Part shown: piece by piece, positions 19,523 to 28,445 of the stretch
Layout of the letters: each line of letters begins with the position of its first letter
Position numbering within the stretch: position 1 is the stretch's first letter
Notes under the pieces: model-generated
What the model was told of the DNA's origin: nothing
The model's input: only the letters and a program-made list of their open reading frames with translations
Database searches by the model: none
Assembly (NCBI GenBank): GCA_000989525.1
Contig: LBON01000001.1
Coordinates: 8,096-72,095, forward strand
Length of the DNA stretch: 64,000 bases
Reading direction: 5' to 3'
Source: a candidate division TM6 bacterium GW2011_GWF2_32_72
GTDB taxonomy: Bacteria; Babelota; Babeliae; Babelales; GWF2-32-72
Translations under genes and position numbers: made by a program

Positions 19523-21716
19523 ACATAATCCAATCATAAAATGGCCCTGAATTAATACCTTGGTTAATTAAAATTTCTTTTAATGGATTTAAATACAAAT
19601 TTTTAAATTCACGGTTATTTTTTAAATTATTTAATTTTTTTAAAGCTACATCAACTAAAGAACCGTTGGTTAATTTACTTAAAACAAGAGCTTTTAAAAA
19701 AGCAGGAAATTGTTGTTTTATAAAATCTTGATTTTCTGCTGCCTCTAAATTGTGCTCCAAATCAAATCTTTCTAAAAAATTAGCAAACCAATCTTCAAAA
19801 TAAGATTTACCTGGATTAATTTCTAAAAAAAAGTTCGCAAATAACCATTTTTGATCAAGCGGTAAATTATCCAAATAATTTATACAATCATCCTTTAAAT
19901 AATCCAATGCTATATTATAATTAACCAAATCCTCAATAAGATCTTTTTTTATGTCAGCCTTTTCACCGGCTTTTTTATATAAATACTTAATAATCTCTTC
20001 AAAACCTGTAGACCGAGATAAAACAACAATGGCATGAGATATCGAAAAATCTCCGACAAAAATAGCTTGCAAGACTTCACACTTGGTCAAATTATCTAAA
20101 TCATTAACTTGATTGATTAAATACGAACGCTCCGGCCAAGGATATTTTTTTAATTCATCACTATTTAAGTTAAAAACACTATTTATACTAGATTTTGGAA
20201 AATCAATCTTAAAATGCCATTGTTTAAATACCCAAGTAAAAGCAGTCTCTCTAATTTTTAATTTTATTTTTATATTTGCGAATGCATTATCTAAATTTAA
20301 TTCTGATTTATCCAATTCATATGATATAGGCACACCAAAACTAGCAACCTTTGCAAGAAACTGGATGATACCATCAGATCCAGTTAAACTTTTAATAACA
20401 GAATTCATATTATAAAAAGCTCTTTGTGCATTATATGCAGGTATTTCGCATCCTATTGATCGCTTATACTCTTGGCCAGGAATACCTGAAACAACTTCCG
20501 CCCATTCATTATGTATTTTATCAAAATCAGAAATATCTGGATGTTCTTCATAAAAAGCGATTAATCTTTTTCCATATTCATTTTTAGACGCGACTTTTTT
20601 AACTAATTCCAAATTAAAAGATTTTGTTTCAGGTAAATAAAAAATCAAATTTAAAAAATTTCTTAACGACGTTTCACCACAATCAGAAAATGTTTGGTCC
20701 CGATATTTAACTTGATAAAGATATAAAATTTCTGAAGGATAATCAGATTTAAAACGTTTTTCATAAACTCCCTGTGCAAGATCCATTTCTATAGAGCTTA
20801 ACGACTGTTTTTCAAAAAAATTAAAATCTCGCTTTCTCCTAAAATCTCTTATTTGTTCTTCATTATATTTTTCATCAATCCACTGCTGTTGTAAAACTCC
20901 ATCTTCATAAAAATTCAACCAATTATCTGAGAATAATTCTTGTTTAAGCTCATTAGGAATTAGCGTTTTATGAAATGAATTTAAGTATAATAAAATAGAT
21001 TTTTTATCCTGAACTTTATGCCATAAAAAAGTTAAAAACATATATTGCAAAGAATATTTAGGTAAACATTCAGATTCCTGATCTTTAAAAACATCTAAAA
21101 TTAATTTAATAATTTTATCAGTATCTCGACCTAAAAAAGTATTTTCTATCTTCCCGTCTTCTATAGATTTTTTAGCATTTTCCAAAGTCTTCATTTCACT
21201 TTGAATATCAACTCCTTTTTTTACCTTTAAGGCATCGATTCTATCTTCTATTAGTTGTAATGCTATTGTTGATGACTGCTTTATCTGTCTAAAAAATATT
21301 TTTTTTAGATCTTTTTTTAAAACACCTAACTTACTATCAGATGCCCACATTTTTTCTTCAACTTTATTTTGATAATTTTTAATAGCCGCTAAAAATTCAC
21401 CTATAAATTCTGGTGTAAAATAAGTCGCTGGCTTTAAAGGATGATGCGTTTCTTTTAAATCTTCCTCATTACCCAATATATAAAACATCTCATAAACTAA
21501 TTTGGTTAAATTAGACTCCGGGTCTCCATATTTATAAATATTTTTAAAATAATCATTATACGAATAAACACCGCCTTGAATTGGTGTATATTCAAAAAAA
21601 CTTTCCTTAAAAATATTTCCCAAGCCCTTAAATTGCATCGGATCTGTTATATTTGCAAAAAATTGATTTGAAAAAAGTATAAAAAAACATACTTTTTTAA
21701 CTTTAAAACAACTCAT
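19500..21716 (-). CDS. Large hypothetical protein with an N-terminal hydrophobic signal-like segment.
   Basis: 738-aa uninterrupted ORF with the Lys/Asn-rich composition of the genome. No recognisable motif was found. It overlaps the priA 3' end by 23 bp. Confidence 0.5.
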   Translation of the reverse strand: MSCFKVKKVCFFILFSNQFFANITDPMQFKGLGNIFKESFFEYTPIQGGVYSYNDYFKNIYKYGDPESNLTKLVYEMFYILGNEEDLKETHHPLKPATYFTPEFIGEFLAAIKNYQNKVEEKMWASDSKLGVLKKDLKKIFFRQIKQSSTIALQLIEDRIDALKVKKGVDIQSEMKTLENAKKSIEDGKIENTFLGRDTDKIIKLILDVFKDQESECLPKYSLQYMFLTFLWHKVQDKKSILLYLNSFHKTLIPNELKQELFSDNWLNFYEDGVLQQQWIDEKYNEEQIRDFRRKRDFNFFEKQSLSSIEMDLAQGVYEKRFKSDYPSEILYLYQVKYRDQTFSDCGETSLRNFLNLIFYLPETKSFNLELVKKVASKNEYGKRLIAFYEEHPDISDFDKIHNEWAEVVSGIPGQEYKRSIGCEIPAYNAQRAFYNMNSVIKSLTGSDGIIQFLAKVASFGVPISYELDKSELNLDNAFANIKIKLKIRETAFTWVFKQWHFKIDFPKSSINSVFNLNSDELKKYPWPERSYLINQVNDLDNLTKCEVLQAIFVGDFSISHAIVVLSRSTGFEEIIKYLYKKAGEKADIKKDLIEDLVNYNIALDYLKDDCINYLDNLPLDQKWLFANFFLEINPGKSYFEDWFANFLERFDLEHNLEAAENQDFIKQQFPAFLKALVLSKLTNGSLVDVALKKLNNLKNNREFKNLYLNPLKEILINQGINSGPFYDWIMSNSKDLE

Positions 21717-21834
21717 TAAATTTCCCTCAAAAAATAATTATACGTTTTATAAAAACTTTTGATCCTTTTACATAATCTAAAAAAATGCTACCATGCCCAA
21801 GATTAAAATTATAAAAAATTAAAGGAGCCAAATC

Positions 21835-22596
21835 ATGATATATTGTAAAAATATTTGTATTTCATTAGCAATAATTTTTTCAACACACGTATTTGGTTCA
21901 GATTTAACCAATAAAACCAAAAAATATGATGCTATAATCTTTGATATGGATGGAACAATAGTCGATACCGAAACTATTTGGCGGAAAACGATCTCTATTC
22001 TATTATTAAAACAGGGCATTAAGATAACAGAGGAACAAGAAAAATTTACCTATGCAAAATCAAGAGATCTAAGCGCTATAGAAAAAGCTAAAGCATTAAT
22101 AAAAGATTATGATCTCAAAAATATTACAGCTGAACAAATTGTAATAGAGCGTGGCGATATTGCTGAAGAACTTTATAAAACAGGTCTTTCATATATTGAT
22201 GGATTTAAAGAATTTTTTGAAAAGGTAAAAAAACTTAATTTAAAAGTAGCAATCGCAACCGATGCTGATGAAAAATTTATCAATATAGTTAATAAATCTA
22301 TTAATATACGTACATTTTTTGGTGAATACATCTATGGACGACACAATGTTGCAAATCAATGGAAACCCTGTCCAGCAATCTTTCTTTATGCCGCCAGCCA
22401 AATTAATGTTGATCCTTCAAGATGCATAGCAATCGATGATGCACCCTGTGGAATAAAGGCATGTAATGATGCTGGCATGTTTAGCATCGGATTTAATAGC
22501 AGTGGCATCCAATCCGATGTCGTCAATGCTCGCCTTCCTGTTAATAAGTATGAAGAAATTAACTTAGAAGACTTAATTTATGAGCAAAACAAATAA
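21835..22596 (+). CDS. Secreted HAD-superfamily hydrolase (beta-phosphoglucomutase-like subfamily IA), paralog 1.
   Basis: Signal peptide (MIYCKNICISLAIIFSTHVFG) precedes HAD motif I (IIFDMDGTIVDTE). Motif IV is IAIDDAPCGIKA. An RBS (aaaggag) is present. Confidence 0.75.
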   Translation: MIYCKNICISLAIIFSTHVFGSDLTNKTKKYDAIIFDMDGTIVDTETIWRKTISILLLKQGIKITEEQEKFTYAKSRDLSAIEKAKALIKDYDLKNITAEQIVIERGDIAEELYKTGLSYIDGFKEFFEKVKKLNLKVAIATDADEKFINIVNKSINIRTFFGEYIYGRHNVANQWKPCPAIFLYAASQINVDPSRCIAIDDAPCGIKACNDAGMFSIGFNSSGIQSDVVNARLPVNKYEEINLEDLIYEQNK

Positions 22597-22689
22597 ACAA
22601 TCGATATATTATTAACAGAACTGTTGCAAAATTTTAAAATATTTACTTAAGCTTACTTATATAAATATCCAATTAAATAAGGAGCTAAG

Positions 22690-23442
22690 ATGACAAATTT
22701 TAAAAATATTGTTCTTTCATTAATAATCATTTTTTCAGCCCAACTGATTGATACAAAAACTCATCCCAAAACTCCAAAATATGAAGCTATCATTTTTGAT
22801 ATGGATGGAACAATAGCTAACACCAAGCCCATCTGGCAAAAAACATTAACAATATTTTTAAAAAGAAGGGGGATAACAATAACCAAAAAAGAAGAAGAAG
22901 CCTTATCTAAAAATAATAACGGCAAAACAGTTCCCGAAATAGCATCGGATTTAATAAAAAAATTTAATCTAAAAAATATAACACCAAACCAAGTCGTTCA
23001 AGAAAGAACAGAAATCGCAAAAAACAATTATGATAGTTCTTTAAAATTTATTATAGGATTTAAAAAATTCTTTAATAAAACAAAAAAATACCACTTAAAA
23101 GTCGCCATAGCATCAGATAGTGATACAAAATTCATAGATATAGTTAGTAAAGACCTAAATCTCAAAAAATTATTTGGAAAACATATTTATAGTCGGGAAA
23201 ATGTTAACAATAAGTGGAAACCAAACCCAGATATATACCTTTATGCAGCCAAACAATTAAACATAGAACCTAACAAATGCCTTGCCATAGATGATTCACC
23301 CAGTGGGATTAAAGCAATTAACCGAGCGGGCATGTTCAGCATAGGTATCAACACAGGCAAAAATCCCAAGGATGTGGAAGAAGCTCGTTTACCAATCAAC
23401 AAATACAGCGAAATAAATTTAGAAAAACTACTCTTTGACTGA
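22690..23442 (+). CDS. Secreted HAD-superfamily hydrolase, paralog 2.
   Basis: Signal peptide precedes IIFDMDGTIANTK...LAIDDSPSGIKA. It shares the same architecture as the upstream gene at about 45% identity. An RBS (aaggag) is present. Confidence 0.75.
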   Translation: MTNFKNIVLSLIIIFSAQLIDTKTHPKTPKYEAIIFDMDGTIANTKPIWQKTLTIFLKRRGITITKKEEEALSKNNNGKTVPEIASDLIKKFNLKNITPNQVVQERTEIAKNNYDSSLKFIIGFKKFFNKTKKYHLKVAIASDSDTKFIDIVSKDLNLKKLFGKHIYSRENVNNKWKPNPDIYLYAAKQLNIEPNKCLAIDDSPSGIKAINRAGMFSIGINTGKNPKDVEEARLPINKYSEINLEKLLFD

Positions 23443-23698
23443 GTTTCTAAAACAAACAACATTTTTAATTTTAAACTCATTAAACACTTTATTGTTCAAA
23501 GCCCGAAGTCAATTTAAGCCCAAAATTACCCAATTCAAACCTATGTAAAAATCGTTTTTTACCCATCAAATAGATATTTCTGCAGATCAGCCCCTTTTTT
23601 TTAACATTTATGTAACTCTTGTATTGACACTGTTACAACATTGTACATACTTGGCAATAGTTAATGTTTAAAAACACCAAAACACAAGGGGCATAAAA

Positions 23699-24232
23699 AT
23701 GCTAAAAAAACTAACCAAATATGGCAATAGCAACGCGCTATTGATCGACAAGGCAATAATGGAATTGCTAGAAATGACAGAAGGATCGGTCGTTAAACTA
23801 AAAATTGAAGGCAACTCTCTAATTATTACTCCGCAAGAACCAAAAGAAGGTCAAAAAATAAATATGACCGGACTTGAAAAATCCATGCAAATAATGAAAG
23901 AAAGAGAAAAAGAGTTCGCTGGAAACAGTGAGTATTTAAGATGGCAACCAGGCGGTGACATGTATCCAATACTTCTTGAATTAAGCACAAAAATTACCCC
24001 TAAATATATGAAGGCCTTTCAGACTCTTCAAAAACCGGAGTACCTAAGTGAGTTGGATGCCATAGCTGAGCAACATGCTGATGATAAAACCTCAGAGGGT
24101 TTTGAAAAAGCAAGCAAAGACCTATTGTTAAAGCATGCACCCGAGCTTTTAGAAATGTACAAAGAAATAGCAGAAGCCGCTCGAGAAGCTGGCATGCCAG
24201 AAGAATTGATTAAAAAAACCTATAATTTTTAA
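23699..24232 (+). CDS. Protein with an N-terminal AbrB/MazE-type swapped-hairpin domain fused to an unknown acidic helical C-terminal domain.
   Basis: The N-terminus TKYGNSNALLIDKAIMELLEMTEGSVVKLKIEGNSLIITP matches the kwGnS...IPk...lgl.eGd.v.i SpoVT/AbrB/MazE pattern. An RBS (aagggg) is present. Confidence 0.5.
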   Translation: MLKKLTKYGNSNALLIDKAIMELLEMTEGSVVKLKIEGNSLIITPQEPKEGQKINMTGLEKSMQIMKEREKEFAGNSEYLRWQPGGDMYPILLELSTKITPKYMKAFQTLQKPEYLSELDAIAEQHADDKTSEGFEKASKDLLLKHAPELLEMYKEIAEAAREAGMPEELIKKTYNF

Positions 24233-24510
24233 TCAAATAAATAAAAGTAAGGCCCTCATTGCGCAAGGGGGCTTTGCAAATAAGATTATTTACTATGTTT
24301 TGAATTGACTTAAACAATAAAAAACAAATCAGCATAACTCTAAATCGTAATTCAAAATAAAGAGGGCGGCAGAAAGGTTATAGAGTTGAACTTTTTATCA
24401 AATTAAATTGACTTAGTATAAGAAGGGGTAGCTTAAAAGTAAGCTTAATATTGAGATTTTTTAATAAAAACGGTTAGGATAACACCAAAAAGATTTCCAA
24501 ATCAAACAGT

Positions 24511-24757
24511 AAAAAAAGGACTCGATCCTTCGACTAGCTCAGGATGACATCCATCCTTATTAATTTATATTTTATTGAGTTGTTACAGCCTCTGTAGGAT
24601 TAAAATATGAAACTGTTGTTAATTTAGATTTTCAACTTTTAAATATTGAGTAAAAAATAAAAATAAAGACGGATGTCATCCTGAGCTAGTCGAAGGATCT
24701 CATCCTGAGTTAATCCAAACGTAGTAAGAATTTGTACCGAAGGATCAAGTCCTTTTA
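24511..24757. repeat. MITE-like repeat element, copy B, with a rearranged right terminal inverted repeat.
   Basis: Left end is aaggactcgatccttcgactagctcaggatgacatcc. Right end is gacggatgtcatcctgagctagtcgaaggatc, followed by a second partial TIR (tcatcctgag...gaaggatcaagtcctt). It is homologous to copy A at 3001-3230. Confidence 0.6.
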
Positions 24758-24802
24758 AATATTAAAATCAGCGCTTATAATTTGCATATAAACTCTAAAA
24801 GT

Positions 24803-25345
24803 TTATTTCACAAAAAAATGTTTTCGATAATGTTTTAACTCATTAATAGATTCACGAATATCATCCAATGATCTATGAACTTCTTGTTTTTCATAAAATG
24901 CTGCAGGGTTTTCTGAATACCATCTGCGAACAAGCTCTTTTACAGTTGTTACATCAATTATTCTGTAATAAAGAAAATTGGCTAAATTTGGCATCCATTT
25001 TTTTAAAAAGGCTTTATCTTGCCAAACAGAATTTCCACAAAGCAAAGTGCGATCTGGATCGCAATGTTCTTTTAAAAAATTTAAAACTCGCTCTTCAGCT
25101 TCATGCAACATCACAGAAGAATCACGAACAGCATCAAGCAAACCTGATTCTTGATGAAAAGCTGCAGACCAAGGATCCATATTTTCTAAAACTTCTGGAA
25201 GTTGATTTATAGCAATTGCCGGACCTTCTACCATAATATTTAAATCATTATCTGTAACAATAACAGCTATTTCTAAGATATGATTTTTTTGAGAATCAAG
25301 ACCTGTCATTTCAAGATCTAACCAGGCCAAAGAATATTGCTTCAC
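24803..25345 (-). CDS. orn: Oligoribonuclease (DEDDh 3'-5' exonuclease).
   Basis: The N-terminal motif LAWLDLEMTGLD and the C-terminal H-x4-D motif (HRSLDDI) are present. Length is 180 aa. Confidence 0.85.
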   Translation of the reverse strand: MKQYSLAWLDLEMTGLDSQKNHILEIAVIVTDNDLNIMVEGPAIAINQLPEVLENMDPWSAAFHQESGLLDAVRDSSVMLHEAEERVLNFLKEHCDPDRTLLCGNSVWQDKAFLKKWMPNLANFLYYRIIDVTTVKELVRRWYSENPAAFYEKQEVHRSLDDIRESINELKHYRKHFFVK

Positions 25346-25370
25346 TTTATTTATTCCTTTTTTTAAAATC

Positions 25371-26060
25371 TTAATTATTAATTAGCGCTATTATACAATT
25401 GGTACTCTTATTTAAGTCAACAAGTTTCTTTTTCATATCTTCTTTCAATTTTGCAATCAAAAAGTCATACCTTTTATCATTAATTCGCAACTTAATTTGC
25501 TGCAATTCTTCAAGATCCTTTTTTAAATGCAAACATAAATTTCCGGCATAATGAAATTCACCCTTTAGATTCAACAAATCATTTTTTAAATCAAATCTAC
25601 CAAGCGCCTCTAAAATATTAAAAATTTCTCTAAAATCTACGGCCACAGCATAAAAACTTTCCATAAAAGAATCACAATCTGCAACATCTAAAAAATTCCA
25701 ACGTATAGTCAAAAAATCACAAAATTTTACTATACATGGATTCAATTTCTTTTCTAAAATCCTAAAAATTACTTGAAAATAATATTCCATCAAAAGATTT
25801 TGATAATCACTGTTTTGAAGTTCAGCAAAATCGCCAAACAAAAGCTCTTCATCCTTATCTAAAGATGGTAGAGAGATAACATAATGTATTTCTCCAGTTA
25901 GTGTTTCTCCTCGCCTAATCTTAACAAAATCAGAATTTAAACATTTAGAATACTTCTTTTCTAATTCACTAAATTCGGAATGACTAACACAAATATTAAT
26001 TCCACAGTAAGACATAAAATTCAAACCAAACAAAACCGAAAAGAACAATTTTTTTAACAT
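25371..26060 (-). CDS. Secreted hypothetical protein.
   Basis: Signal peptide MLKKLFFSVLFGLNFMS. No recognisable domain. Confidence 0.4.
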   Translation of the reverse strand: MLKKLFFSVLFGLNFMSYCGINICVSHSEFSELEKKYSKCLNSDFVKIRRGETLTGEIHYVISLPSLDKDEELLFGDFAELQNSDYQNLLMEYYFQVIFRILEKKLNPCIVKFCDFLTIRWNFLDVADCDSFMESFYAVAVDFREIFNILEALGRFDLKNDLLNLKGEFHYAGNLCLHLKKDLEELQQIKLRINDKRYDFLIAKLKEDMKKKLVDLNKSTNCIIALINN

Positions 26061-26225
26061 AAAAACCTTTATCTAATTAACTAAATATAAAAAAACAGAA
26101 AGTGAAGCTTGCTTCATTTTTTAGGAAAAAGCAAGTACTTGTCTTATTTCAAAAAAGAACTTCACAAAAAAAAAGGAACCTTTAAGCTAAAGTCTAATCA
26201 AACTCAAATTGTTCTGGGGTAAAAA

Positions 26226-28445
26226 ATGAGTAAAAAAAACATAGGCGTTTTAATGGGTGGAAGGTCTGAAGAAAAAGAGGTTTCATTCAATTCTGGTAGA
26301 ACTATTTCAGACCATTTAGACACATATAAATTCAATGTAATTCCTCTTTTCCAAACACAAAAAAATGAACTGTACATACTGCCATGGAAATTTTTATACA
26401 GAGGAAAAATAAAAGATTTTGAATATCGTTTGGCAGCTGAAGCAACCCAAATTAAATGGGATGATCTAAAAAATTTAATAGATTTTATGTACATAGCAAC
26501 ACATGGAAGATTCGCAGAAGATGGAACACTACAGGGTTTTTTAGAAGTTTTACAAATCCCTTATCTTGGCTCAAAAGTTTATTCTAGCGCCATAACAATG
26601 GACAAAATAAAGCAAAAAGAAATTTTACAAATTCATGGAGTTGAAACACCTAAGGGAATAAGTTTTACCCCACAAGAAATTGAATCTTTAAATCAAAAAA
26701 CATTGGAAGAAAAAATCATCAAACAAAAATTAAACCTTCCATTAATTATAAAACCCCACAAAGAAGGCTCCAGTATTGGTATTTCAGTCTTAAAAGAATT
26801 TAAAAATTTAAAAAAACATTTAGAATTTGCCATGAATGCCTACCCAGAAAAAAAACAAGATGTAATTGTGGAAGAAAAAATAGGTGGTATGGAATTCACA
26901 TGTATTTTGATAACAGATAAAAAAACAAAAAAAATAATTCCTATGTCTGTTACAGAAGTTGTCAAAGAAGCAAATAGTGATTTTTTTGATTATGAACAAA
27001 AATATATGCCGGGAAGAGCAACTAAATTTACACCCGCAAGAACAACCTCAGAAAATCTAAAACTCATAGAAAACACCTGCTTAAAAGTTGTAAAAGCCCT
27101 AGAAATGAGTAACACAGCTAGAATTGATGGAATTTTAGATAAAGAAGGCAGGGTGATAATTATAGATCCAAATACCCTTACCGGAATGTCTCCTTCAAGC
27201 TTCTTATTCAATCAAGCTGCTGAACAAAATTTAAGTCACACAGATTTGATCAACCATTTAATTGAAACGGAAATAGATCAAATGGAAATTGTCCCAACAA
27301 AAAACAAATCCACAAATAAAAAAAGGCTCAAAATTGCGGTAATACTGGGCGGCAGAACAAACGAAAAAGAAGTATCCTTAGACTCAGGTCGAAATGTTGT
27401 TTACAAACTCTCTCCACACAAATATGAAGTTATTCCTCTTTTTTTAAACCAAAACCTCGAATTGTTTAAAATCAACAATAAACAACTCGTAAAAAATTCG
27501 ACTAAAGAAATTGAACTCAGCTTAACGCCAGAACAAAAAGTTTTATGGAATGATCTTCCTAAAATTGTTGAATTTGTATTTCTAGGGCTTCATGGTGGTG
27601 AAGGAGAAAACGGCTGTATACAAGGGACACTTGAAATGTTAGATCTTCCATATAATGGATCTTCTGTTCTTACAAGCAGCATGTGTATGGACAAATTCAA
27701 AACAAACGAATTTTTAAGATCACTCGGACATAGTGTTCCAAACTCAATATTAATTTCCAAAGAAGATTTTGAAAAAAATAGCAAAGAAATAGAAAAACAA
27801 ATTTCTAACCTATTCAGTTTTCCTGTAATTTTAAAGCCTCATGATGATGGTTGCAGTGTTGGCGTACAAAAAATAAACAATCAAAGTGAAATAATTAACG
27901 AAGTAAAAAACTTTTTCACATTACGTAAACATGCTTTAATAGAGGAAATGATCACAGGTATGGAATTAACAGTTGGCTGCATAGGAAACACAAAGGCCAC
28001 AGCATTACCTCCAAGCCAAGCTGTAGCAACCAAAGGCATTCTATCAATTGAAGAAAAATTTCTTCCAGGCGCAGGTGAAAACCAAACTCCAGCATTACTA
28101 CCAAAAGAAGCAATTAAATTTGTTCAACAAGAAATTGAAAAAATATATACGGATCTTGGTTGCAAGGGTTATTCCAGAATTGATTGTTTTTATCAATCTG
28201 CAAAAGAAAGTGTTACAAAAAAAGAACGCCTTATTTTTATTGAAGCAAATACTCTACCTGGTATGACACCCGCAACATGCCTATTTCACCAAGCAGCTGA
28301 AATAGGAATAACACCAATGGAATTCATAGATAAAATTGTTGAACTTGGATTTGAAGAGCACAAACCTATTTGCTTAAAAATGAAAGCGAATAGCGCAATA
28401 GTTGATCAAAAGAACAACCCGAGCCAGCATACTTTTCACGAATAA
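26226..28445 (+). CDS. ddl: Tandem fusion of two complete D-alanine--D-alanine ligase (ATP-grasp) modules.
   Basis: Module 1 (about aa 1-350): IGVLMGGRSEEKEVSF...HGRFAEDGTLQGFLEVLQIPYLGS...IIKPHKEGSSIGISV...ARIDGILD...DPNTLTGMS. Module 2 (about aa 365-739): IAVILGGRTNEKEVSLDSG...HGGEGENGCIQGTLEMLDLPYNGS...ILKPHDDGCSVGVQK...SRIDCFY...EANTLPGMT. Both modules carry the full set of Ddl signature blocks. Confidence 0.8.
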   Translation: MSKKNIGVLMGGRSEEKEVSFNSGRTISDHLDTYKFNVIPLFQTQKNELYILPWKFLYRGKIKDFEYRLAAEATQIKWDDLKNLIDFMYIATHGRFAEDGTLQGFLEVLQIPYLGSKVYSSAITMDKIKQKEILQIHGVETPKGISFTPQEIESLNQKTLEEKIIKQKLNLPLIIKPHKEGSSIGISVLKEFKNLKKHLEFAMNAYPEKKQDVIVEEKIGGMEFTCILITDKKTKKIIPMSVTEVVKEANSDFFDYEQKYMPGRATKFTPARTTSENLKLIENTCLKVVKALEMSNTARIDGILDKEGRVIIIDPNTLTGMSPSSFLFNQAAEQNLSHTDLINHLIETEIDQMEIVPTKNKSTNKKRLKIAVILGGRTNEKEVSLDSGRNVVYKLSPHKYEVIPLFLNQNLELFKINNKQLVKNSTKEIELSLTPEQKVLWNDLPKIVEFVFLGLHGGEGENGCIQGTLEMLDLPYNGSSVLTSSMCMDKFKTNEFLRSLGHSVPNSILISKEDFEKNSKEIEKQISNLFSFPVILKPHDDGCSVGVQKINNQSEIINEVKNFFTLRKHALIEEMITGMELTVGCIGNTKATALPPSQAVATKGILSIEEKFLPGAGENQTPALLPKEAIKFVQQEIEKIYTDLGCKGYSRIDCFYQSAKESVTKKERLIFIEANTLPGMTPATCLFHQAAEIGITPMEFIDKIVELGFEEHKPICLKMKANSAIVDQKNNPSQHTFHE

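Noticed and set aside
23620-23650. TTGACA hexamer (23624-23629) upstream of the AbrB-like gene. Considered as a sigma-70 promoter.
   Set aside because: No convincing -10 hexamer at a 16-18-bp spacing (candidates tacata or catact at 14-16 bp). It is mentioned only as context, not as a feature.
24233-24510. Short inverted repeat (aactcta … tagagtt) in the AbrB-like gene downstream region. Considered as a terminator.
   Set aside because: Only a 7-bp stem with a loop of about 38 nt and no U-tract. Too weak to call.
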